In this document: piece after piece, positions 40,404 to 50,744 of the stretch
Position numbering within the stretch: position 1 is the first letter of the stretch
Layout: every line of letters begins with the position of its first letter
Source: Candidatus Krumholzibacteriia bacterium
GTDB taxonomy: Bacteria; Krumholzibacteriota; Krumholzibacteriia; Krumholzibacteriales; Krumholzibacteriaceae
Direction of reading: 5' to 3'
Assembly: GCA_963836185.1 (NCBI GenBank)
Contig: CAWIIQ010000001.1
Coordinates: forward strand, 2,048,001-2,112,000
Length of the DNA: 64,000 bases
Notes under the pieces: model-generated
What the model was told of the DNA's origin: nothing
Database searches by the model: none
What the model saw: the letters and a program-made list of their open reading frames with translations, nothing else
Translations under genes and position numbers: made by a program

Positions 40404-41354
40404 TCACCTGTCACGGGATATGGTTATGTCGCGGGGCAGCCTGCCCTCGACGATCGGCACTTCGTAAGGCCTCCCGTCGAGTTCTATGGTGAAGCCCTCG
40501 GTCTTTCCGATCTTCCTTATGTAAAAAGATTCGTTAGAGGTGAAGACCCTCCACTCACCCGCCTCGAGGATGAAATCGTCCTCCACCGTGACCAGTCCGG
40601 TGTCGGTCTGATTGTAGATTATCAGGTCGAACCAGATCCTCTCCTCAGCCGTTATGCGGAGACTCATCTCTCCCGCGGCTGGGGGGTCCGCCTCAGACTC
40701 CTGTCGCGGGCGGGCGGGCGGCTGCTGTTCCCGCACGACTTCATCTACCGGGACATCAGCGGAATCATCCACCGGGACCTCTGCCTCAACGGTCTCTCCG
40801 CCCGGATCAGTGCCGGCCTCCTGTCCCGCTTCGGTCTTTGCCGGCACGGGATCGGCACTCTCTTCATTTCCGCCGAAGACCTTCCAGAGGATGATGATCG
40901 CCGCGACGAGCAGTATGACGGGGACCACGAACTTCCTGACCAGGTGAGGAGAGTCGAGTTTCTCTTCCACGACCTCTTCCTCTATCTCCCAGAGATCCCC
41001 CTTGCTCTTGTGCGTCTGCCCCGTCTGGACCTCGTATTTATTGATGAGCTGCGCCGGATCGAGGCCGAGAATCTGGCCGTATGCCTTCAGGAAACCGGTC
41101 GCGTAGACCTTCGCGGGGATCGCCTCGAAGTTATCCGTCTCGAGGTACTGCAGGGTGCCTACCGGGATCTTCGACTCCTGGCTGATCGATTCCAGGGTCA
41201 GCCCCTTTATCTCGCGGGCGGCCAGGAGCAGCTCTCCGACCGTCTCCTCGCCCCCGAGTTCCACCTGTTCAGGCTCCGGGACGCCGCCTGTCACTTCCGG
41301 CCCATCACCGGGCAATTCCAGCTGGCCGCCGGGCTTTTCATTCTCTTCCGTCAA
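40404..41354 (-). CDS. rodZ: RodZ-like HTH/TM/DUF4115 protein
   Basis: N-terminal HTH ('ARE.KGLTLE...LE...F..IP..VY..GFLK.Y'), TM, acidic linker, C-domain. Confidence 0.75.
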   Translation of the reverse strand: MTEENEKPGGQLELPGDGPEVTGGVPEPEQVELGGEETVGELLLAAREIKGLTLESISQESKIPVGTLQYLETDNFEAIPAKVYATGFLKAYGQILGLDPAQLINKYEVQTGQTHKSKGDLWEIEEEVVEEKLDSPHLVRKFVVPVILLVAAIIILWKVFGGNEESADPVPAKTEAGQEAGTDPGGETVEAEVPVDDSADVPVDEVVREQQPPARPRQESEADPPAAGEMSLRITAEERIWFDLIIYNQTDTGLVTVEDDFILEAGEWRVFTSNESFYIRKIGKTEGFTIELDGRPYEVPIVEGRLPRDITISRDR

Positions 41355-44047
41355 CCGAGGTCCTCCAGAATCCTTTCCAGCCTCTTCCTGCGGTCCTCCA
41401 TCTCCCCGAACCTCTCCTTCTCCCTGTCCACGACATCCGCCGGCGCCCGCTGGATGAATTTTTCGTCTTCGAGCCGTTTACCTATCTTACCGCATTCCAG
41501 GGCGAGTTTCTCTATTTCCTTTCCGAGGCGCTCCTTTTCCGCTCCGATATCGACGATGCCTCCAAGCGGCAGGTAGATCTCGAGGCGGGACAGGCCGGCC
41601 GCGGCGCTTCCCGCAGGCTTGGCCGCTCCATCGGCAACCGTCAGCTCGCTGATCCCCGCCATCAGCATGATCTGGCTCTCGAACCTTCCTATGCTGGCTG
41701 AGAGACCTTTCCCTTCCTCCGTATTGATCACTACCGTGACCTTCTGCGTATGCGGCATATTGAAACTCTGCCTGAGATTTCTCGTGGCTGTCACTATCTC
41801 CATCATCAATGAGACGTCTGCATCGAGCACCGTGTCGCGCATCCCGGCGGGCATCCCCTTGAAGGAGAATCCTGCCAGAAGGGAAGGCTCCGGTGAGAGC
41901 ATGCTCCATATCTCCTCGCTAATAAAGGGCATTATCGGGTGGAGCATCAGCATCGAGGCGCCGAGTACGGTCCTCGCCGTCAGGGCAGCGCCCCTCGCCC
42001 TCTCGCCTCCGCCGCGAAGAGCTGGTTTCGAGAACTCGAGGTACCAGTCACAGAACTCGTGCCAGAAGAATTCGTATATCGTCTTCGAGGCCTCATCGAA
42101 CCTGTACGAATCGAGCGCCGCAGAGTATTCCTCCATCCTGGCGGCCAGCCTGCTGGCGATCCACTCGTCCTCCCAGCCCGCCTCGAAGCTTCCCGAAGGC
42201 CGCTCTCCGTACAGTATCTCGAACAGACCGGTCAGGCGGTGGCTCTCACCTCCGGTCTCTTCCTGGCCGAAGAGGGTCTCGCCCTCCTCCTGCGACAGCA
42301 CGAACCTAGCCGCGTTCCATATCTTGTTGGCGAAATGCTTCCCGACATCGACCTTCTTCTCGTCGAAGAGAAGGTCCTGCCCCGGGGGCGACAGCATCAT
42401 AAGCGAGAACCTGAAGGCATCCGCCCCGTGAGTGTCGATGATGTCGACCATGTCGGGCGAATTGCCGAGCGACTTGCTCATCTTGCGGCCCTGCGTGTCC
42501 CTCACTATCCCCGTGATATATACATCGGAAAATGGTATCTCGCCGCGGAACTCGAGCGAGGCCATTACCATCCTCGCGACCCAGAAGAAGATGATGTCCC
42601 CGCCCGTGACGAGGACGTCTGTCGGATGGAACTTCTTCAGGTCGGCCGTCTCATCCGGCCAGCCCATCGGGGAGAATGTCCAGAGCCATGAGGAGAACCA
42701 GGTGTCGAGGACGTCATCGTCCTGTCTTATCTCCTTCGATCCGCACCCGGTGCACTCCGGCGGATCGTCACGCGAGACGATCTCGATCCCGCAGGCGTCG
42801 CAATACCAGACCGGGATCCTGTGCCCCCACCAGAGCTGCCGCGAAATGCACCAGTCCCTGATATTCTCCATCCAGCTGAGGTAGATGTTCTTCCATCTCT
42901 CGGGGTAAAAGACCGTCTCGCCTTTCCTGACGACATCGATCGCGGGAGCGGCGAGGCTGTCCATCTTCAGGAACCACTGCTTCGATACGTAAGGCTCTAT
43001 CACCTTGCCGCACCGGTCATGATGCCCGACGGCATGGCGGTAATCCTCTATCTCCTTTAGAAGGCCCTGCTTTTTCAACTCGTCGAGGACCCTGTCGCGT
43101 GCCTCGAATATGTCTAGGCCGGCGTAAGGGCCCGCTTTGTCGTTCATGACGCCGCTTGAATCGATCACGACGAACGGATCGAACCCGTGCCTGAGGCCGA
43201 TCTCGAAATCGGTCGCGTCGTGCGCCGGTGTGACCTTTAGGAATCCCGTGCCGAACTCAGGATCTACCGCTTCATCGAGGATGATCGGGATCTCGCGTCC
43301 GGTCAGCGGGAGGCGGACCATCTTACCCTCGAGCTCCTTCGCCTTCTCGTGCTCCGGGCTCATCGCGACGGCGACATCGCCGAGCATCGTCTCGGGCCTT
43401 GTCGTGCCTACAACGACCTCCCCGCTGCCGTCGGCGAACGGGTAGGCTATATACCAGAGTTTCGAGTCTTCCTCGCGGAATTCGACTTCCTCATCGCTTA
43501 TCGCGGTCCCGCAGTTGGGGCACCAGTTGACTATATACCTTCCGCGATAAATCAGCCCCTTCTCGTGGAGGCGGACGAAGATCTCCCGCACCGCCTTCGA
43601 GACCCCCGGATCGAGAGTGAACGCCTCTCGTGACCAGTCGAGCGAAGCGCCGAGGCGGCCGAGCTGCCCGACTATCCTGCCGTGATATTTTTCCTTCCAG
43701 CTCCAGCATTCCTCGAGGAACTTCTCCCTGCCCAGTTCTACTCTCGTAGTCCCTTTTTCTGCGAGGGAGCGTTCAACGACATTCTGCGTAGCTATACCGG
43801 CATGATCTGTCCCGCTGAGCCAGAGGACCTCGTTTCCGCTGATCCTCTTCCACCTGCAAAGGATATCCTGGACGGTCGTACCGAGCGCGTGCCCGACGGT
43901 AAGCATCCCCGTAACATTGGGAGGCGGGAGTATTATGCTGTATCCGGGGGCGTCCGAGGCATCATCGGCGGTAAATACACCTGCGTCCGACCATGCCTCA
44001 CTCCATTTATTCTCAATATCACCTGGCTTGTAAACCTTCTCGAGCAT
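41351..44047 (-). CDS. valS: valine--tRNA ligase
   Basis: 'PPPNVTG.L.VGHA','DWCISRQLWWGH','KMSKSLGN'. Confidence 0.98.
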   Translation of the reverse strand: MLEKVYKPGDIENKWSEAWSDAGVFTADDASDAPGYSIILPPPNVTGMLTVGHALGTTVQDILCRWKRISGNEVLWLSGTDHAGIATQNVVERSLAEKGTTRVELGREKFLEECWSWKEKYHGRIVGQLGRLGASLDWSREAFTLDPGVSKAVREIFVRLHEKGLIYRGRYIVNWCPNCGTAISDEEVEFREEDSKLWYIAYPFADGSGEVVVGTTRPETMLGDVAVAMSPEHEKAKELEGKMVRLPLTGREIPIILDEAVDPEFGTGFLKVTPAHDATDFEIGLRHGFDPFVVIDSSGVMNDKAGPYAGLDIFEARDRVLDELKKQGLLKEIEDYRHAVGHHDRCGKVIEPYVSKQWFLKMDSLAAPAIDVVRKGETVFYPERWKNIYLSWMENIRDWCISRQLWWGHRIPVWYCDACGIEIVSRDDPPECTGCGSKEIRQDDDVLDTWFSSWLWTFSPMGWPDETADLKKFHPTDVLVTGGDIIFFWVARMVMASLEFRGEIPFSDVYITGIVRDTQGRKMSKSLGNSPDMVDIIDTHGADAFRFSLMMLSPPGQDLLFDEKKVDVGKHFANKIWNAARFVLSQEEGETLFGQEETGGESHRLTGLFEILYGERPSGSFEAGWEDEWIASRLAARMEEYSAALDSYRFDEASKTIYEFFWHEFCDWYLEFSKPALRGGGERARGAALTARTVLGASMLMLHPIMPFISEEIWSMLSPEPSLLAGFSFKGMPAGMRDTVLDADVSLMMEIVTATRNLRQSFNMPHTQKVTVVINTEEGKGLSASIGRFESQIMLMAGISELTVADGAAKPAGSAAAGLSRLEIYLPLGGIVDIGAEKERLGKEIEKLALECGKIGKRLEDEKFIQRAPADVVDREKERFGEMEDRRKRLERILEDLG

Positions 44048-44121
44048 TCTCTCTCCTTGCCGTGCGGCCTGATGTCCTCGGGAATATGACAATCTAACAC
44101 AGCTTACGGCACCGGTCAATA

Positions 44122-44943
44122 TCAGCCATTAATGGCGAACCATATAAGGAAGGCGGTCCCCGCCGGTATCAGATACCAGGAGAAGCGGTGAAGACTGCCT
44201 TTGCCGAGTATCCAGACGAGCAGCCTGAGGGCCGCGTAACCGCTTACGAAGGCGACCGCCGCGGAAGCGACGAGCATTGCTGTCTCGCCTCCGCTGAGCG
44301 TCCCTCCCGCCGATATCGACTCGAGCAGAAGCGCGCCGAGTATTGCGGGGATAGAGAGCAGGAACGAGAACTCCGCCGCGGCGGAGAAGCCGAGCCCACA
44401 GATCAGGGCCGTCGTTATCGTCCACCCGCTCCGTGAGCAGCCGGGCAGGATCGCTACCGCCTGCGCGAGACCGATGAGGATCGCAATCTTCCAGTTTATC
44501 GCGGATGATCCATTCCTCCCCCTCGAGAGGAGAAGGAAGAGTCCCGTCGCTATGAGACATGCCGCCGCGAGAAGGGGCGAGCCGAACGAGGCCGTCACCG
44601 GCCCGCGAAGCGTAAGGCCGACGAAGGCGGCGGGGATAGATCCGAGGGCGATCAACCCTATATAGGCTATGTCATCCCTGACCGCCCCTTCCGCCCTGAA
44701 TCCCGAACCGATCCAGGCGAACAGTGAACGGGCAAGTCCGGTGAGGCGCTTCCCATAATATACGATCACCGCGCCGAGCGTACCCGCATGGACCGCTACT
44801 TCGAAGAGTACGTTCTCGCCCGAGCCGCCAGCGCCGAGAAGGGCGCCGCCGAGCACAAGATGACCGGAAGAGCTTACCGGCAGAAACTCCGTTATGCCCT
44901 GCACTATCGCGAGGACGATCATCGATATCAGTTCACCGTGCAT
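44122..44943 (-). CDS. uppP: undecaprenyl-diphosphate phosphatase
   Basis: 'QGITEFLPVSSSGHL','PG.SRSG.T','AEFSFLLSIPA'. Confidence 0.93.
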   Translation of the reverse strand: MHGELISMIVLAIVQGITEFLPVSSSGHLVLGGALLGAGGSGENVLFEVAVHAGTLGAVIVYYGKRLTGLARSLFAWIGSGFRAEGAVRDDIAYIGLIALGSIPAAFVGLTLRGPVTASFGSPLLAAACLIATGLFLLLSRGRNGSSAINWKIAILIGLAQAVAILPGCSRSGWTITTALICGLGFSAAAEFSFLLSIPAILGALLLESISAGGTLSGGETAMLVASAAVAFVSGYAALRLLVWILGKGSLHRFSWYLIPAGTAFLIWFAING

Positions 44944-44955
44944 CTATCCATCCTT

Positions 44956-45771
44956 TTATCCGAGATAAAACGCCAGGACGCCGAAGAACATGCCGAGCTT
45001 GAGAAGCAGGCTCACGACCGACGGCGACCTTCTCTTCAGGCACAGCACGCATGATACAACAAGTACCGGCAGGACCGAAACCAGCATCGTGACGAGATAC
45101 GCCCTTCCATACAGGCCCTTTATCCAGGGAGCGGGGATAGCGGCAGCAAGAAGCGCGAAGATGACCGCCGCCACGGTCAGAGCGCGTCCCGGCCCCGATA
45201 TGACCGGAACGGTCCTCGCGCCGCATCTGCGGTCTCCCTCGATGTCCTCGGTGTCCTTTACCAGTTCCCTGCCCATCACGAAGAAGAATGTGAACAGGGC
45301 GGGGACGGCGCCGGCGGGCATATCTCCGTGAGCGAACGCTCCGAGAAGAAACGCGCTCGAGACCACAGCCGCGACGAGAAGGTTCCCGGCGAGGTATATC
45401 CTCTTCGCCTTCCATGAGTATATATGCAGGAGGACTGCCCAGACGGCGATCCACAGCGCCTGCCGGGGTGGGAGCCGCGTCAGGCAGAGGGCCAGGGCCG
45501 CGAGCAGGACGAAGTAGAGGGCTATGGCGGCGCGCGGCGCGACGCCTCCCGAAGGAATCGGCCTTCGGGGCTTGTTGATGGCGTCTATGTCCCGGTCGAA
45601 CCAGTCGTTGATCACGTTGCCCGCGGCTGTCGCGAGCGCTGTCGACAGGAGCAGGCAGAGGGGCCATCCCTCTCTTCCGCCCGCGAGGAAATAGCCCACG
45701 GCTACGGAGAGAACTGCCGCAGCGATATTGTGCGGCCTGATTATCAGAAATGTCTTGAGAAGACTCAGCAT
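44956..45771 (-). CDS. UbiA prenyltransferase, DGGGP-synthase-like
   Basis: 'GNVINDWFDRDIDAINKP.RPIPSG' and 'RELVKDTEDIEGD...G..T.P'. Confidence 0.8.
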   Translation of the reverse strand: MLSLLKTFLIIRPHNIAAAVLSVAVGYFLAGGREGWPLCLLLSTALATAAGNVINDWFDRDIDAINKPRRPIPSGGVAPRAAIALYFVLLAALALCLTRLPPRQALWIAVWAVLLHIYSWKAKRIYLAGNLLVAAVVSSAFLLGAFAHGDMPAGAVPALFTFFFVMGRELVKDTEDIEGDRRCGARTVPVISGPGRALTVAAVIFALLAAAIPAPWIKGLYGRAYLVTMLVSVLPVLVVSCVLCLKRRSPSVVSLLLKLGMFFGVLAFYLG

Positions 45772-47306
45772 CAGAAATCCCAGAGAAGTGAGAGGTGAGC
45801 GAATCCTTCGTCCCGGTCATCGCCGCCGCCGGATGCCTCGGCGATCCCGCCCATCGCGTCGATGTACGATCCATGCCCGAGATCGATCCTGAGCCCGGCC
45901 GCATATATCCGCTGATCCTTCACTTCGCCGCTGGGAAACTCTGGATCGGGGTCCTCTCCCCATTCCCACTGCCTCATGTCGTTGCCCTCTCCCCTTCTGA
46001 TCCAGGTGCCTTCGAACGAAAGAAGCGCCCTCGGATGAACGGGAGTGGCTATCCTGAGCAGCCACCTGTCGGCATCCGGCCCGAGCTGGTCCCCCAGTAT
46101 CGTATTGACCGACTTGTCCCCGTTCCCCGTGACATAGGCGGTGAGCAGGCTGTCCTTGTGTGAGTATGTATAGATATCGATCTTCGTGTACGAGGCACGC
46201 ATCTCGACGTCGTGTCCCCATGGCATGACAAGCGCGTCGGCACGGACCGTCCACCCCAGTTTGTTCGGAGCCGGAGGATCGCTCTCGTACTGGACATCGT
46301 CCATGAGAAACTCGCCCGAAAGTATCAGTCCCCTGGTCACCGGCACCCTGAGATCGACTGACCAGAGGATGTTGTCGTCCTCTTTCTCATTGTACTGGTT
46401 GGCGTAGAAGGCGCCGAACGGAACGAGATAGGCCCAGTCGAGATCCCTGCCCGTATAGAGGACCGTCTCGCTGATGCCGGCATATATCCGCGCCGGCAGC
46501 CTGATCTCGAGCCTGTGCCCGGCGAGTTTTCTCGGAACGTATGAATCAAGAGCGGCCTGGAACATCCTCAGGGTGAACCTGCCCATCGATATGTCGAAGG
46601 CGAGATGATCGTGCGAACGCGCCGTCGACGACATCAGGAGTCCAATCGGCCCGAGCGGCCCCCACTGAATGTAGTCCCTCCCGAGCTGCAGCCTCCATCT
46701 CCTGCCGGCGAACGCGACATACCCCCGTTCGTACTCCGATGTAAGGCCGCGCCAGTCCTTCACTCTCGGGTATTCTTCCTCGCCCTCCCTTTCCGGCCCC
46801 ATCCTTATGATGTAGTCCGTCTCGATCGTCACCGCACCGCCCATCCCGAGAAGGAATGTCGGGATGAGAAGACCGTTCACCTCGCCGTCGTCATACTCGA
46901 CCCGCTTGACCAGCGCTCCACCCGCGGCGAGATCGATGGAAAAGAAACGCTTTCCTTCCCTCATCGTCCATACCGGGTGGTCCTCCCTTTTCTCCGGTGA
47001 GTTCTCCATCCCCTGGAACTCGCCGCGAAGCCTTCCGAGAAAGAACTCCTGCCTCGGCGTGAGATCGACATCGCCGTCCTTCATCGACTGCAGGATACGG
47101 TCGACGTACGATTCGACCTCTGACCTCGAATAGGGAGAAGCCGGATCGAGATCGACGAGCCCGAGTGTCTGGAAGGATCTCAGCGCGGGATAGACCCAGC
47201 TGCGCGGCGGGATAGTCTCATCGGATGAATAAACGGGCGCCGGCGCCGTGAGCAGGAAGGCGGCCGCGACAACCAATGCTGCGGGGATCGAGATGCGGGA
47301 CGTCAT
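45771..47306 (-). CDS. capsule assembly Wzi-like outer-membrane protein
   Basis: Signal peptide, 'P.SRSEV','GRD...WGP','GHRLE','SETVLY', terminal Phe. Confidence 0.7.
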   Translation of the reverse strand: MTSRISIPAALVVAAAFLLTAPAPVYSSDETIPPRSWVYPALRSFQTLGLVDLDPASPYSRSEVESYVDRILQSMKDGDVDLTPRQEFFLGRLRGEFQGMENSPEKREDHPVWTMREGKRFFSIDLAAGGALVKRVEYDDGEVNGLLIPTFLLGMGGAVTIETDYIIRMGPEREGEEEYPRVKDWRGLTSEYERGYVAFAGRRWRLQLGRDYIQWGPLGPIGLLMSSTARSHDHLAFDISMGRFTLRMFQAALDSYVPRKLAGHRLEIRLPARIYAGISETVLYTGRDLDWAYLVPFGAFYANQYNEKEDDNILWSVDLRVPVTRGLILSGEFLMDDVQYESDPPAPNKLGWTVRADALVMPWGHDVEMRASYTKIDIYTYSHKDSLLTAYVTGNGDKSVNTILGDQLGPDADRWLLRIATPVHPRALLSFEGTWIRRGEGNDMRQWEWGEDPDPEFPSGEVKDQRIYAAGLRIDLGHGSYIDAMGGIAEASGGGDDRDEGFAHLSLLWDF

Positions 47307-48460
47307 TCGGCGGGATGTCCCTGTTCCAGGGCTGTTTCGAGAGATATGCCGGCTGCCATGCGGTAACACTCGCGCGCCTTTCTCTTGTCATCCTGCTTCT
47401 CGTACGATATTCCGAGATCGAAACTGACCTTGGTGTCGTCCGGGTTGATCTCGGCCGCTTTCTTGAAATACTCGATCGCCTTCTCGGGCTGCTCGAGCCT
47501 GTTTAAACATGCGCCGACATAGTAGAGGATCGTGGCGTTGCCCGGGTTTAGCCTGGCGGCCTGCTCGAGGTACTTCAGCGACCTGCCATAGACTCCCTTG
47601 CGGTAATATATCAATCCAAGGTAGAAGAGAGCGCTCACATTGTCGTTCTCGAGCTTGATGATCCTGCTGAATTCGCTGATAGCGTCATCGTACATATTCT
47701 CTTTAACCAGGGCCAGGCCGAGATTGTAGCGTCCCTCGACGGAAGAGGGATCTATCTCGAGGCCGATCCTGAATTCCTTGATGGCCTGTTCCTTGTCCCC
47801 TTCCTCTCCGTAGAGCGCTCCGAGGTTGAAATGCGCGTCCGCGTTGCGGGGATTGTGCTGCACCGCCTTGCGAAACTGCTGCAGCGCTGCGTTGCGGCGC
47901 CCCGAGAGATCGAGGATATATCCGAGATTGGTATAAGATTTCGAATGTGTTGGATCGGTCGCGATCGCCTGCCTGTACATCTTCTCGGCATCGGCATACC
48001 TGCGGCTCTTCGTGAAAGCGACGCCGAGACGATAATAGCATTCGGGATTTTCGGGCTCCCTCTCGATCGCCTTTACATGAAAACGGACTGCCTCGTCGAA
48101 ACGGCCCTGCAGTTCGAGGAGCCTTCCCATCCTGTACAGCGGAAGAGCCTCCGTGTCACCCATCCCGTCGATCCGCCTGTACCCCTCGAGAGCGAGCTCG
48201 TACTTGCCCATCCTCTCGAACATGTTGCACGCCTCGAGGATCTCATCCTCGTCGGCGTCGACATGGATGATCACGTCGCGGAGGCAGGCCTCCGCCCTCG
48301 GGCTGTTTCTTTTACGGAGATAGAGATCGGCAAGCTCGAGGACCTCCTCGATATCCGCCTCTCCCAGAGATGATTTCCTTTTCAGGCGAGCTATCTCCCT
48401 GCTCTCTTCCCGTACCTCGCCCCTCGTAAACTCGAGAAGCTTCTCCCAGCGCAGGCCCAT
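47303..48460 (-). CDS. tetratricopeptide repeat protein
   Basis: Multiple 34-aa TPR units ('AHFNLGALY','YNLGLAL'). Confidence 0.85.
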   Translation of the reverse strand: MGLRWEKLLEFTRGEVREESREIARLKRKSSLGEADIEEVLELADLYLRKRNSPRAEACLRDVIIHVDADEDEILEACNMFERMGKYELALEGYRRIDGMGDTEALPLYRMGRLLELQGRFDEAVRFHVKAIEREPENPECYYRLGVAFTKSRRYADAEKMYRQAIATDPTHSKSYTNLGYILDLSGRRNAALQQFRKAVQHNPRNADAHFNLGALYGEEGDKEQAIKEFRIGLEIDPSSVEGRYNLGLALVKENMYDDAISEFSRIIKLENDNVSALFYLGLIYYRKGVYGRSLKYLEQAARLNPGNATILYYVGACLNRLEQPEKAIEYFKKAAEINPDDTKVSFDLGISYEKQDDKRKARECYRMAAGISLETALEQGHPAE

Positions 48461-48589
48461 ACGCTACCCCCTGAAGGAAATCCGATCGATGCATGCTCCC
48501 GGCAACAGGCTAGAACAAGGCGACGGTGCCTGTCAAGTATCATCGGGGCTATATTTTACGGGAAACTTACGAAGTCAGGAAAATCGTGA

Positions 48590-49225
48590 TCAGAAATATA
48601 GAGAGAGAGTCAGGCTCAGTGAGGCGAACCAGGCCGTGTTGACGATCTCGCCATCGAGGTCGAAGTAGTTGTAGCTGACGGTCCCGCCGATCGCCGAGTT
48701 GTTCGAGATCCAGAAGTCGTACCCGAGCTCGCCCAGGTACCCGATCCCCCAGTCATCGATCCGCTCGCCGTGCTCCTGCTTTCCGCCCTCTTCGACGGGG
48801 ATGACCGCCGTTCCGGCCCATCCTGTTCCAGCGGCGGCCCTCAGGTAGAGCCCCCCCCACGGGCCTTCAGGGTTCCCGGGGAACCATGCCAGCCCGAGGG
48901 TAAAGTCCTGTAGCGATCTGCGGATCTTTGCGTCCTCTATCTCGATGTCACCGTACTCGTCGAACTCGAGGATCCATGCCTGGTAGTTGGCGCTGACCAT
49001 GAAGTGCTGTCCGAGCATCCTTCCGAAACGTATCTGAGGAACGGCGCCCTGGCGATAGTTCCTGTCGACCCCGTCCTTATCGTCGAAATCACCCTGTCCG
49101 ATCCCGATCCCGACATTGAACATCCAGGGTTTGCGCTCACTATACTTCAGCGCCAACGCCCCGCTGGACATAGCGGCGACAAAGAGAGAAACGAACAGCA
49201 ATATGAATATCATCCTTCGACTCAT
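48590..49225 (-). CDS. outer-membrane beta-barrel protein
   Basis: Signal peptide, alternating beta strands, ends LSLYF. Confidence 0.65.
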   Translation of the reverse strand: MSRRMIFILLFVSLFVAAMSSGALALKYSERKPWMFNVGIGIGQGDFDDKDGVDRNYRQGAVPQIRFGRMLGQHFMVSANYQAWILEFDEYGDIEIEDAKIRRSLQDFTLGLAWFPGNPEGPWGGLYLRAAAGTGWAGTAVIPVEEGGKQEHGERIDDWGIGYLGELGYDFWISNNSAIGGTVSYNYFDLDGEIVNTAWFASLSLTLSLYF

Positions 49226-49333
49226 GGGCGCATTTTAGCCCCGGGCCGCTCGATGATGCAAGCAATATAAAACAAAAAGAGAAAAAAACGCCGGACGGAA
49301 GAATATGACTTTACAACATAGAGTGATGACCAT

Positions 49334-50743
49334 ATGATTAGCGCCATGAAAACTGCAAAATATATCGCTGTCCCGGGAGTGGCTCTCGCTCTCCTTATAT
49401 CGCTCGCTCTCCCGGTGGCTTCCGCTCCGGCGGCCGACAAGCCGGACACCCTCAGGACGCCGAAAGATTTCTATTCCGATTACAGGTTCATCAGGACCTC
49501 AGGATTAGTCGTACTTGTCAACATCGCCCAGACAATGTTCGGCCAGTACATCATGGAGCCGGACGGCAGCGGGTTCAGGGTAACATGGGATTCGATCGAG
49601 GAGAACTTCAAGGCCGGGATGGAATGGGACGACAACACCTTCAACGCCAACAACTGGCGCCACCCCTACCAGGGCGGGATGTATTACACTGCCGCAAGAG
49701 GGAACGGGTACGACTTCTACCAGTCTGGCGCCTTCGCGTTCGCGGGCGCCTGGCTCTGGGAATACACCGGAGAGAGGCACCACCCCGCATATAACGACTG
49801 GATAAATACCGCCGTCGGCGGCATGATCTTCGGTGAAGCTCTCTATCGCCTCTCCGACATGGTGATCGATAATACCGCCAGGGGTGGCGGAAGGACGGGC
49901 CGCGAGATAGGCGCCTTCCTTATCGCCCCGACACGCGGCCTCAACAGGCTGATCACAGGCGAGGCATTCGCCGTTCACGAGAATCCCCCGGATGCGAAGC
50001 CTTCAGCGTTCCACGGAAGTTTCAAGGTCGGGCTGAGGGTCCTCGGAGAGGAACGCCTCTGGAACGCCTCCAAGACGAAGGTCTTTCTCGGGGCAAGCAT
50101 GTTCTACAACGACAAGCTGGAAACGGTCGGCGGGAAACCATTCGACTACTTCGACATGCACTTCCAGCTCAACTTCCAGAACGCTCCGCACCAGATCGGG
50201 CTGTTTAATATCAACGGCCTCCTCTATTCCTGGGACAAGGGCGGCTCGGAGACATCGGAGAGCAGGATCAATACTTACCTGCACATGACGTATGTCGACA
50301 ACGAGGCGTACACCTATGGCGGCCAGAGCCTTTCGGCCTCGTATCTCAAGCGGTGGGGTTTAGGCAACAGGTTCGAGCACCAGTTCGAAACGAGTTTCGA
50401 GGCGATCATCCTCGGGGCCTCGAAGTCGGACTACTTCAATCTCTCGAACAGGGAGTACGATTACGGGCCGGGACTCGGGCTCAGGGCCTTCTACACACTG
50501 ATGGCTTCCGACAAAGCCGCGCTGACAGCCTTTTACAGGGGCTCGTGGATCCACTCGATCAACGGGACTGTGGCCGATCACTGGGACAACTTCCTGGGGT
50601 TCACGACGGCTGTCACCCTCAAGGACTGGTTCAAACTCGGCGCCGACTACTATTACTACCGCTCGCAGCGCTACTACAAAGACTACGACGATGTCACGGC
50701 GAAAAACCCGCAGCTCTCGGTCTACCTCGACTGGACCTTCTGA
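49334..50743 (+). CDS. DUF3943 domain outer-membrane protein
   Basis: 'WDD..F..N...HPYQG..YY.AAR.NG...WEY..E..HP..ND...T..GG...GE'. Confidence 0.8.
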   Translation: MISAMKTAKYIAVPGVALALLISLALPVASAPAADKPDTLRTPKDFYSDYRFIRTSGLVVLVNIAQTMFGQYIMEPDGSGFRVTWDSIEENFKAGMEWDDNTFNANNWRHPYQGGMYYTAARGNGYDFYQSGAFAFAGAWLWEYTGERHHPAYNDWINTAVGGMIFGEALYRLSDMVIDNTARGGGRTGREIGAFLIAPTRGLNRLITGEAFAVHENPPDAKPSAFHGSFKVGLRVLGEERLWNASKTKVFLGASMFYNDKLETVGGKPFDYFDMHFQLNFQNAPHQIGLFNINGLLYSWDKGGSETSESRINTYLHMTYVDNEAYTYGGQSLSASYLKRWGLGNRFEHQFETSFEAIILGASKSDYFNLSNREYDYGPGLGLRAFYTLMASDKAALTAFYRGSWIHSINGTVADHWDNFLGFTTAVTLKDWFKLGADYYYYRSQRYYKDYDDVTAKNPQLSVYLDWTF

Positions 50744-50744
50744 T

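Noticed and set aside
38751-41576. 941-aa plus-strand ORF
   Set aside because: Antisense shadow of uvrB/rodZ/valS caused by high-GC codon bias; no motifs.
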